Shown: one piece after another, positions 13,426-25,294 of the stretch
Numbering within the stretch: the stretch's first letter is position 1
Layout of the letters: every line of letters starts with the position of its first letter
Assembly (NCBI GenBank): GCA_040954595.2
Contig: CM082592.2
Location: 1,736,001 to 1,800,000 of the forward strand
Direction of reading: 5' to 3'
DNA length: 64,000 nucleotides
Source of the DNA: Balanoglossus misakiensis
Lineage: Eukaryota; Animalia; Hemichordata
Translations under genes and position numbers: made by a program
The notes under the pieces: model-generated
What the model saw: only the letters and a program-made list of their open reading frames with translations
Databases searched by the model: none
Told to the model about the DNA's origin: nothing

Positions 13426-15737
13426 TTTTTGCTATACCAACGTGTAGCCGCTTGTTTTCGAAGAGGATGTAGATAGTAACTTCAGATCGATTTCATGGAC
13501 ATTTGAGGAAAAATAACTAAAACGTGACACTTAGGCCTACTGAATTAGGACTGGAATATTTTCTCGTAAACTTACTACGTGCACGCAAAACCTCAATAGC
13601 TGTAACCCCTCCCCACATACACTACGTAACACACCTGTAAAGTTTAATTTGATGCAAATTGAAGTTTGAAATTAGCATATCATTGCGACACGTACATGTA
13701 AGCATGAATATTTAGAGTAACACCTGTAAAGCATGGGCAATATTGTAAGGCCCAGCAGGGCGGTCTGGAACTACCTGCCCACGACATGATTCAATCATGG
13801 AAGAGGGGTGGCCAACCAAATTTTTCAGTTAGCAATGAAGAAAAAAAGCCTCCTTTGATAAAATATTGTTCGTTCGTTTTACTGAATCGTTGTGTAAAAC
13901 GGTGTCTTAATGATACACAAAGCTCCAATGGTGACCAAGTCTGTGGGGGATCGTGGTTTAAGTCAAAGAACCACCCCCCCCCCCCCTTCGGTGGTTCTTG
14001 CTTTCCAATCGCCTCGGGCCTGCGGCCCTCGGCGATTAGATTCAAGTTGATGTATTCTCTTTTGTTCACATGGCCAGTCAACGATATATCCACGAGAGAA
14101 ATAATGCCGATCAAAAGTCGGTGACCCCACCTGAATATTTCAAGCTTCGAATTGCTGCTGATGTTACATTTGAGAGTACGAAAACAGCGCCCAAAAGTCG
14201 CCAAATTCCTGATATAGTTGGTGCGGTTCAGAACATTCCGCCCAATGACCTTTGGAATTGTAAACCCAGTAGTACCCACTTTAATGAGCTGAATGACCTT
14301 CAGCTCAACACAGCCCATGCTTGTTGTACACAGAATAAATACATTGTATAAGCTAACAGTTTGGTATAATTTTCGATCAAATGCTCCCAGCCTTGTGGCA
14401 TCGTCTACTAATTGGTGTAACCAAGGCCATGGAATATCGTTTTAGCTCTGTGAGCTAAAATGAAGTCAATGAACTTAAATGTAAAAATGAAACGTATAGC
14501 TTACAGAAATGGGGCATTTCATTAGACTTTCCCTTAATTTTCGAGGAATGATTTTACAAATGATCGACCGATCTCTATTTTGCCATTTTTCGGCTAGATC
14601 TTTGAGGGACTTGTTCACAAAGTCATTGATCATCATCTTGGGTGTTCCGTACATGACTCTCAGCACTTGTGTTTACCTCGCAGGTCATCAGTCACTAAAA
14701 TTGCCTCATACTCCAATTTTCTCACCGGGATTGTTTCTTCAGGTGCTCAAGTTGACAGCGTTGACATTGTTTCTCTAAAGCCTTTGACTCTGTTAACCAC
14801 AAACTTCGTGTTTATCAAGTCCAATTTTATTGGTTAACGATGACTTTGTTTTACTAGATCAACAGTTAAATAATATCGAATGTCCTAGTTACCTGTGTAT
14901 GGTCGTCTGGAGCTAACCAGGTATACACACAAGTCGCGTGGATAATTAGTCCTTTTGGCGGAAACTGTACCAAGGCAAGGACATGGTCACACGACAGGTT
15001 ACGGCGTAAGACCATGGGCTAATTTCTGCATGCCATTAGCTGGTCGGTTAACCTTCAACCCGAATTCGTCAGATATAACTGAATGACAGAATTGATGGCA
15101 TGAACATCATACCCGCAGATCATTCCGTGCCACTTCCCGCGAAATGATATCTTAACATGCTGCGATAGACTCGCAAAGTTTTGGAGGTGATTTACCATAC
15201 CCGATTCTAGTCAGTTCGAGCCCTCATAGGGGATATTACCAGTCGTCAGTGTTAAAAAGATGGGTAGAAGTGGAAGACACAGCTGTTTCCAAAACATTCC
15301 AACATTCAGAGATGAAGTGATGGTCGTCTTATGGTAAATGGCTATCCATAACAAACAGTCAGTCATACGCCAATGACTAATGATCGGATAATAGATCTCT
15401 TTTCTACAAGTCGTAGATTTCAACTTACTAACTAAAACTGCAACGTCACATGGATTGTGTTGAGAGGGTAATATAAGTTGACGCATTGAACCCTGCCCCG
15501 GGAGCTTAACAAGATACCATTGTTACAATACAGAATTTAAAAAAAAAACTGAAAAGGGGCAATAAGTTATGGAATGTCTTGTCAGAAGTATTTTGGAATA
15601 ATATTCGATTTCCACACGAGAAAAATTTAACGACAAAATTGAACAGGTTCAAAATAATGTTTTAAACTTTCTTTGTTTAAAGGAAGGATGGGAGTATAAT
15701 GCGGATTATTCTGTATGTTTTAATATTGACTCAATAT

Positions 15738-15897
<160 letters not shown>

Positions 15898-17703
15898 AAA
15901 ATATTGAGCTCTTCTGATCTGTGTGGACGTGCACTTTGTTCTTCGCTGGGGCCTCACACACGCAGTTATGTTTAAACAGTTGTTTACGTATTTTATAGTG
16001 ACTGTGATGGTAAGCAGATTGAACCATGTTAGAAATGTTCTGAAGACATTAATAACGAACAGTGGTCAATTAGTTTGATGTCGCCCGTTACGGCACTTCT
16101 CCAGTTCAAACCATCGCTCATGCCGTGGAGTGACAACATGAACAAGGTGCCCACTTTTATCGAGGACGACTTTGATTCACCAGGGCAACAGTATCGAATG
16201 CCCCAGTTATATACATGTGTACATTCGCATGTGGTAAGCATGTTTGGCACGTACACAAGTAGGTAGCCTTGATAAGGAGTTATTTGGGCGGAAACTGTGT
16301 CATGGATCTCGGTCATACGGAGGTTATGGGCGTGTGACCGAGATCTCACTTCTGGGCGATCGGCAAAAGTTCAACCCAAAACGGAGAAGAGTGTAGTCTG
16401 AATGTGGCGATTCGTCTATCTAATGGAATGAAAGAAGTGGTGTAATCATTGAATGATTCGCCTCGTTGAAAACAGTAAAAGTTACCTGCAAATGTTAGTT
16501 CAGAAAAAAACAGACTTTTGTTGAGTGAGAAATTGAGGAGAATATGAAAGTGATGTACACATTTGATATTAGAAACGGCTTTAGATTATAAGTATATACA
16601 ATGTAGATAGTGAAATTGGTTTACTACATCTGAATCTTTGAATGACGCGAACATCTTTTCTGCCTTTATAATAAGAAGGCTACGTTCCGAGTGACAAATT
16701 AACTGTAGGATACATCGCGTATTGGAGCAGTGGCGGACAGTGATTTCCAAGTTATGGAATCAGGCAGTACACGTACTATAGTCTAAGTAAGTTGAGACTT
16801 TGCAATTGTTTAGATTTTGGCAATCTGATAACATAGAAATATACTACAACTGCACATCGTTTCGCACATCAATGGACTCATCGCCAGTTGACCCATACAA
16901 CCCTGGAGCTCCAGGGACCTCAAGTCCCAAATTCACGCCCACATTTTCAACTCATGACCTCAAATTGTTGACTAAATGTAGTGTCAGCACATTTCAAAGT
17001 CACATTTTAACACACCAACTCACTGTACACAACTCGCCGATAATTATTTTCAAAAAACCTACTAGTCGATTTCGCAACTCGCAAAGTAGAATTATAAAAT
17101 GTATACTAACAATCATCGACTTTTAAATCAGTATTTCAACACTCACATCCACAATTGAAACTCTCGAAGCCACATTCGCGTTAATGATACAGAACGGCCA
17201 GCTACGCCACCTCTTTTTGTCTAGAATGGCAACTATATGTAACATCTTGCCTTTTTAGTATTTTTATTTTATGTATCGAATGCATTTTTTATTTAAGGTA
17301 AGTATTCCATGACTACGCATCTGTGCCGATCATGTCACTGGCCGTTGACAAAGGCAAGTTACAATTTGCATACAATAATATTGATTGTTCGCACGTGGAC
17401 GGTGTTGAAAAGATAAGCTGCACGCATTTCACCCCTGCCTAAGGGTGTCCAACAAGAAACCAAGCTTGATACACCCAATAAAAATATTGAAAACTAGCCA
17501 AAGGTCACATATACCTTTATGCAATCATTGGCTCCACAATCATTTCGATAAATGTCCAGTCCGTGCTCGTCCTGGTCATAACTTTTGTATATTTCTTAGT
17601 TTGGGTCATGCAAACTTGACAGTCCCAAATCAACATATCTTTTGATATATTGCATCCGGCCAGATTCTATTGGATACATTGAAGTAGTTCAAGACGAAGT
17701 TAT

Positions 17704-17745
17704 CCAATCACGTCAGTTGAGTAGTCAGTGGTGTGCATATATATA
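17704..17745 (+). promoter_or_regulatory. Candidate core promoter of the peptide precursor gene
   Basis: CCAAT (17704), CRE-like TCACGTCA (17708-17715) and TATATATA (17738-17745), about 65 bp upstream of ATG 17809. Confidence 0.55.
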
Positions 17746-17808
17746 CATGTAGGACAGACCACTGCTTAGTGGACAATAGCTCGCCAACGGATCTGTTTGC
17801 ATCTCGTC

Positions 17809-18523
17809 ATGATGAAACGCACTGTCTTGTTGACGCTCACCTTCCTGTCTCTGGTTGTGTTGTCTCAGACTGAAGACAGTCTTCAAGAATCGCCGGAAAT
17901 GCGTAAAAGCTACCTGCACAAGTTCGTTGAGAAAAATCAGGTAATGTAACTTTCTTGAGTAAGTTCATTGACCACGAAGCTAGTCGTTTCAGCACGTGCT
18001 GCTAACGTGGATTGTTTAAAATATGTTTGTTCATTGGTAATGTGCATATAAAACCGAAATGAGTAATATCGTATTCATTGAGAGATTTAGGAAAGAATAA
18101 TAATGGCATTTTTACAAAAATATATTTCTATCCTAAGTTTGATCTATGGAATAAAAACAGGAAAAGTTTAGTTTGTCATATTGTCATTTTACAACAGAAA
18201 ATCAACTTTTCGTGAATCCAAGGATGACGTCCTCTACAGCAGCGTTTTGATATTTGATTTTTTTTCTCGGTTTGGAAAGTTTGGGAGTTCATATCCAATG
18301 GTGTCATACTTATGCACTAATGTACTAAAATAACTTATATGAACCTTACATGTATGCATACATGTACACAAGCATACATACATACATACATACATACATA
18401 CATACATACATACATACATACATACATACATACATACATACATACATACATACATACATACATACATACATACATACATACATACATACATACATACATA
18501 CATACATACATACACACACACAC

Positions 18524-18555
<32 letters not shown>

Positions 18556-21500
18556 GCGCACGCACGCACACACACACATACACACACATGTACACAGACA
18601 GTTTGATTGATTGATGAATGGATATTTTATTCATGTCCCCGTTTCATATTTCAGGCAAGAAACCAACGCGATTTGTGTAAGTAATAAGTTGCGACTTCCT
18701 TGGGTACATTATTATTAATTTAGAGGTTATAAACGGCTAGCGAGGGTATTTGGTTGCGGATATAAGACCTCTCAGGTGAAAATTAGCATATTTGGCTGGA
18801 AATAATCACCGAGCGAAGCGAGGTGATTATTTCACCCAAATATGCTAATTTTCACCTGAGAGGTCTTATATCCGTACCAAATACCCGAGCGCACCGTTTA
18901 TAACCTCATTATAATATGATTTTGCTTGATAAAGATAAACAATTTCATTTTTTCAAGTCCGTTGTTTGGTTGGGGATAAATCGTGCTAGTTCTAGGGCCT
19001 CGTCGCGCACTGTTCCAGAACACGCAAGCTGAGCTCGTGCAAACGTGTTCTAGAATTTCTAAAGTCACGCGATTTTATGCCACTGCCAATACAATTCATA
19101 AAGTGCGTTCTATTCAGGCGCGTTCTCTTCTACATGTTCTATTTCGGTTACTTTTTTAAAAACTATTCACTGTTCAGGGTCCAGGTACTAGGTCTTCTTG
19201 TCGAGAATATAAACCCCGGCTCAAGCCAATCAGCGAGCTGGATTCACGCCAAGCATATTATAATAATTATTAAACCTCATGCAGAATTATGTAACCATAA
19301 AGGCTAGAACTCACTTATAGTATAGGATGGACAGTGATACAATTTGACTGGATAGACTATTATGTGTCTTCTATATGCCATGTTGCCTTTCTATTTATTT
19401 ACGCGCTCAGAAGACGTCACGAATCAGCTAGCTCATAAAACTGGCGATCTCTGACTTCGTCTTAGGCATTGTCAGTATTGTCATAGACCACCACAATCTG
19501 TGGCAGTTTGCGTCCAAAAGATATACCTATATTGTAAATCAACAAAATCCATCCCTATATGTATAACTTTGAGGGAACTTGCAACAATCGTTTGGTGAAT
19601 ATCAATTATATCATATCATGCTACCGTCCGCGATTCTGATTGGACGAGAGCGATGGTTAAATACTGTTTTACCACGGCTAGCGGTGGTAAAACGGGCCCC
19701 TGAACTAGCATGCAGCACGGAAAATGTGCGGTTAAACCACAGTCGTGAGGGATTAAACCAATAAATAACATAAAAAACACTTGAATTTACAGATGTTTTA
19801 TTTTGGAACTGCTCTGCTCTGAATATTTTGCACTTTTGTCACTTTTTGTCGTGTGCTTCATGTTAAATGCTCGATCCCGGGCCGCTCGTGTTTACATTCA
19901 TCGTCGCCATGTTGGTTTACGATCGTTACTTCTTTTTCTGACGCTGTTTCGTTGAGAAAATGACACTGGTATGCCACAAAATCAATTGTTGATATAATAT
20001 AATAGCCATAACCCCCGCCTAAGTCGGGTATACACTCGATTTTTGGTACAATTCGCTCCATATACATGTAGCACTCGACTGACGGCTCGTGCTATATGTC
20101 TCGATTGTACCCAAATCTCGTGTATACCCGCTGCGGCGGGGGTTATTGCTTAAATACATGTAACCTCACAATATGCCACGTTTTTGTCTTAACAAGCCTG
20201 TAATTGCGCTCTTTGCGCTAGTACTTGCACCCACGACGAGGCCCAAATATGCTGTATACTTGATCCAGAAAATCCCTGTTGTACAACAAAATAAGAAGCA
20301 AGAAAACTTGTCATCTATGTGCAGTTACTGGTGAGTCCAATTTACTGGTGATTACTAGTAATTCTTATAACTGGCCTGTATTGCCACCTGCGTGACGTAG
20401 AACAGGTCAAATAAAAATCCGAATTCAAACCTTTTCTACGTCATCAACCGGAAATATTTTCGCTGATTCGCCCATTACTGTGGAAATAAAATTTTAGCGC
20501 ATGTACCGGTATAGATGTACAGAAATAAAAAATGACGTCACGGTTCCACGATTATCTCGCGTAAAATCAACACGAGAAAGGTAGGATTTGGAAAGAGGAC
20601 AGTCGACGCTACGAGTGGGTGAGCTTGCAGCTGTAGGCCAGTCGCAGTAAAATCGGTACTCAGAGAATAACATTTGTGCAAGGTCCCAGGATAAGATTTT
20701 GTCGCCACGATCATTTGTATTTCTGCGGGAAATGACACCGAACGACTGCATACTGCACTGCATAATTTAACGTCGCCGACGCCGCAACTGCAACAGTTCC
20801 TTGGACTTATTTTTAAAACCCTGTCACATTAATAGTTTTGGAATACATGCCACTGCAACTTGGTTTTTATTTTTTAACTTTTACGCGAAGTACTTCATTT
20901 TCCAAATAAAAATGCAACTGAACTGGCGGCATGACTTCCCGGGCGAACTGGACTCAACAGGACGACTTGCTGGGACGTTGTGTTGAGTGTTGACACAGCG
21001 CGAGACAATGATTGGCAGGCCACATTCTTGTCAACGTGACTAACTCCGCGATTGTGATCGGTAGACAAGACGCAAAGGGATAAACCGTTGATTTTATGAA
21101 TGAACAGCGATCCCTATTTGCATATCTCATGAAGGAAAGCTGTCTGGGCTAGATCCTTGCAGACGAAAAAAAATAATCCCGCTAAGTTAAACACGAGGCT
21201 GGTCGACTATTTTAGCAAGATACTGAAATAATGTAGTTCTGCCCCTTCTAACGAAAAATAAGTAGACTGTTCATGACATTGATAAATATATAACCCCATG
21301 ATATCTTTCTTTATTTAACGTCATTGTAGACTCGTGGTTTTCGCGGAGGTGTACAACTCGCCTACGGCTCTACGGCAAACAAACCGTCTCTACCTTTAAT
21401 AATATTTCAAAGTTACTTTGATACAATATGTATTGGTTGGCAGGGTCTCCCTGAAGAGAAGGGAAAAGTGTGGGGTTTCTTGTAATTTCTACATTTTTTC

Positions 21501-21714
21501 AAGAATATAGGCCTATTTTATTTCTGTGAAAATCATCAAGACACAAAAGTATATCATCAAGACACACAGATATGAACACCTTGCCAATAACCATAGTACA
21601 TTTAATAAACATCAAGTTTTCATTTGTAACTTTCTCGCAGGTGAACAATGGCCCCGAGGACGTTTACCAAAAGAAGAAATGAATACTTGCAAAGGAAAAA
21701 GATTACATACATAG
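17809..21714 (+). CDS. Secreted peptide/neuropeptide precursor, 75 aa; exons 17809-17940, 18655-18676, 21641-21714
   Basis: GT-AG joins with phases 0 and 1 give [75 protein letters not shown]. Signal peptide, RNQR site, two Cys, GKR; AATAAA at 21798-21803. Confidence 0.72.
18372..18590. repeat. (TACA)n followed by (CA)n/(CG)n microsatellite
   Basis: Directly visible; lies in intron 1 of the peptide gene. Confidence 0.97.
18723..19265 (-). mobile_element. Hairpin-ended non-autonomous element with a 185-bp palindrome at 18723-18907
   Basis: GAGGTTATAAACGG...CCGTTTATAACCTC arms, centre CCGAGCGAAGCGAGG, CCAATCAG near the other end; related remnant at about 49900-50005. Confidence 0.7.
19607..20153 (+). 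mobile_element. Non-autonomous hairpin-ended repeat (Crypton-like), copy 2
   Basis: Homologous to 2283-2828, with a complete terminal palindrome at about 20004-20150 ending in TTAA. Confidence 0.7.
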
Positions 21715-23418
21715 ATTCTACGTACTGTTAAAGATTGGACATTTTAAAAGAAGGAATTTGACGTCGCTTTATACATATACGTACGCTTTATATTTTGAAT
21801 AAATGAATATGTACGTGTGACGTTTCCTTGCATTTTGTTGTTTTATTTGAACATATTTCTCGAACACATTCCTTTGAAGAATATGAAAGAGGAGACTTGC
21901 CCTGTATTACATCTTCATATTTCATATTTTCGAGATTTTCTTTAACATTCCCAAACAACGGGCGCCAGACCAGTTACAAACTTATGCAGCACAATTTCAG
22001 AAGATTTGTCATCTATAAGACATACGATGTGTCAGCCATGAAATTGAATAATCATATCTGCTTAGCAGTAATGGCCATAGTGTACTTATAATCAATTGCC
22101 AAGAAAACAATTTATGATTTTAAGCTTTCTGTATAAAACTTCGTTTTCTGTTTCTTTGTCTTGTTACTGAGCATAATAACCACTCTGTAATATAATTTGA
22201 GAAGGATCTTTATGAATCACTAAAAAAACACTAAAAACTCCATGTTTTCTTCCCGGAATGTGCACTGCTTTTGCCTAGCAATATTATTTATATAGTGGCC
22301 TGTATCTCTCTAACCTCCAGCAGACCTCCATAATCATGTGGTTCTGTACGATGTACAGGTCACTGTGTGTGCTAAACTGAAAGATTTAGTCGTTTTCCGG
22401 CAATGCCATGGTCCCTTCTGGAAAGGGTATTTGGGAGTGAGCCGGAGCGCCCGCACAGGACTCAATCTTTCAGTCTGTGTGTGTACGTGCGAAAGTTCGG
22501 AAGGTGCAATGGGCACTGTCAGGTATTGAAAACACGGTTTTCTGTACAGTGCAGTGGTGCGCGAGTATCACTTATGCCATCATGCAAGCAAGTGCCTTTC
22601 TTGCCAGTGTTTCAGGCGCACATAAAAAATCATACTTCTGCATTGCAAATATTTCTGTGCTGTCACTGGTGGCGCCCTACACTACCTAAGGGTTTTCGCG
22701 GGCACGACTTTTTGGAACGAGACCGTTGGAAGTTTGGTCAAACGCTCGCGATTGTCATCTACTTTACAGAGAATTATGGTACAAATAACGACTACAACAA
22801 CGTTGTACGTTTGTAGCCATTCTGGCATTTAATTCTTACACACATTAAATCTACACGGCTTGAAAGTATTTCTAAAAATCTGCATGTAGCCGCAATGACA
22901 AGCTCTATAAATGACAAGCATTGTGTCAGCCGGACGGAAATACAATGGACGTATTTCACTGGAAATGAATTTGATAAGAATGTTGCGTGCATGAATATTC
23001 TCCAGTATGATATTTGGATTTTTTTCTAAAGATTGAACATCTTAATGCTTGTAATATATATATACGATTGTGATTATGACGTAATCCCTTTGAACACCAC
23101 AGTGTGACAGCAACATTTTTACACCCATTCTCGGGAATTGGGAATAATTGTCCATTTGTCTTTATGCCTGAAGAAACACTCGAGAAATAATGTGGAAAAA
23201 GGAGGGTTTATTTTTGAAAGACGTACTATCACTTTGAATGGGTTAAAACGCCTGGAAGCATACAACCACAATCAATGGTTGATAACGACCATCAGTAAGT
23301 TAATTTAATTGGGCCACTCATAAGTTTGAAAGATCCCATTCCCCCTAGACTGTAATAATTAAACGGGTAGAAATGACTGGATGATCTTTTGAAGAAAAAA
23401 AATACTTTATCGGCGGAC

Positions 23419-23468
<50 letters not shown>

Positions 23469-23475
23469 GGGTGAT

Positions 23476-25294
23476 TCAAAAACGATAATGTGGAAAGACA
23501 ACTGCCATGATTGCAGCACAGATCAGTTCAAATGTCAATGGCAATAGGTACATTCCATCGTTGCATAGATCCGTATCACAGCACTCCTGGCATCCTGTAA
23601 GTTGTGTACCTAATATAACAATAGGAACTCATTAAAGTTTATGCTTGTGTTCGTGCGCGTGCGTGCGTATGTATGTATGTATGTATGTATGTATGTATGT
23701 ATGTATGTATGTATGTATGTATGTATGTATGTATGTATGTATGTATGTATGTATGTATGTATGTATGTATGTATGTATGTATGTATGTATGTATGTATGT
23801 ATGTATGTATGTATGTATGTATGTATGTACGTACGTACGTACGTACGTTCGGACGGACGGATGGATGGATGGATGGATCCCACGGAAAAGGAAAACATTG
23901 TACCAAGAGAGACCACGGGCGACACCATGTAGAGTTCAAGTGACTTGCCTTTATTGCTTTATGAGGCGTAGACCAGACACGGTCCAGCCCCGCCCAGACT
24001 AAGTGACCACTTATTTCTGCATACATGGTGTAATTTTTTTCTTGAAAACACTCTCCTTTTATACGAAATGTATCTGTGTGTAATGTATGTATGTAAGTAT
24101 ATGCATATGCAGTACGTGTGTTGCTGTATATGTGCGCACTAATAGTAAATACAGGAACATAATCAAAGAGCGCGAAATCGCTGTAGGCCTACACTTACCG
24201 TTTAGATCACGATTTTGACAAGTGTTGATGCACTCCGATGCATTAAAACACGATCGAATGAAAGAGAACTTTTCCCCAGCAGTTGATGTGCTCAAGACCT
24301 ACACAGACACAATCAAACAGGTAACACACGCATTTTCAAGAAAGTATATCAAGCAGGTAGTCCAGATGTTCGAGATGTGCAACGTTTCTTCACCATAGTG
24401 CATTAAGTAAATTGGCTTCAAACGCTGACATTGCCATGTGTTTGGCATGTAGTTATTAATTACATTCAAATCAGTGGAGTACACCGTACCAAGATGCACG
24501 AAAGCCGAACATATCATGGGGAAAAGATGACCTACTTGTCCTTCCTAACCGATTTATAATTATTTAGATAGACGACTTTGACTTTGATAAGACAAACTGA
24601 AAAAAACGCGTTTTATACTTACAGAGCATCTGGCGTCACTTTGTGTGCATTCTATTTCATTTCCAGGCTGGGCGTAATTATCCTCGCACTCAACTGCATT
24701 TGGTCCAAAATCGGCGCAAACATAACAGCGTAATGACGTTGAAGATCCAACAATCGCGGCTTCATCGAAGAAAAAAACACAAAAATACACAGCGGGTCAT
24801 TCAGTGATGCTTTGGTAGACTACTACGGGCGTATATATTGTTTGTACCTGCGCAGAGTGATTTATAAGTTATCTTATCTACAAATTTGAACGGCACATTT
24901 TTCGCTGTCAAAATGTGGTGCATTTTTATACAATTTCTACTGTTTTTATTACATAGTTCTAGACCAAGTGAACATAATTTACCATAGTCTGCAAATCTTG
25001 ATAAAGATGTTAGAAAAAGAATATGGTAAAAAGTTGTAAGGTTAATTTTGTGAAAAATGACAAGTTAACTTGGTTAAGTGGACACACTTATTTTTGAACT
25101 TACGATTTTAGTAATTATAAAGACACTGGTCTCTCGTGGTCATGGACCTTCCCATATAGTACAAATGAAATAGTATTTGAAAACTAAAAATGTTGTTCTA
25201 TAGGATTGACCGCGAATGCAGAACCGCTCAATGTACCACCAATATTGTGCTCACCTATTATGAACAAAATTACTGTGCACCCAAAACAAGACAT
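23476..25294 (-). CDS. GPI-anchored Ly6/uPAR three-finger (quiver/sleepless-like) protein, 131 aa; exons 25294-25255, 24759-24623, 24298-24199, 23594-23476
   Basis: Canonical splice sites with phases 1,0,1 give MSCFGCTVILFIIAAIVGSSTSLRCYVCADFGPNAVECEDNYAQPGNEIECTQSDARCSVLSTSTAGEKFSFIRSCFNASECINTCQNRDLNGCQECCDTDLCNDGMYLLPLTFELICAAIMAVVFPHYRF*. It has LxCYxC, CCxxDxCN and a hydrophobic tail. Confidence 0.92.
23665..23878. repeat. (TATG)n microsatellite grading into (TACG)n/(GATG)n
   Basis: Directly visible; lies in the last intron of the Ly6 gene. Confidence 0.97.

Noticed and set aside
13791-14351. Overlapping 175-aa and 93-aa ORFs
   Set aside because: No recognisable motifs, and they partly overlap repeat-like sequence.
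17985-18005. RE1/NRSE-like TTCAGCAC
   Set aside because: Only a half site; the GGACAG half is not at the required spacing.
20325-20330. Possible 6-bp micro-exon (cag|TTACTG|gtgagt) in the peptide gene
   Set aside because: It preserves frame but would remove the first Cys; it cannot be supported without transcripts, so it was left out of the model.
18670-21700. Natriuretic-peptide homology from the 17-residue ring
   Set aside because: Only the ring size matches; the CFG...DRI...LGC motif is absent.
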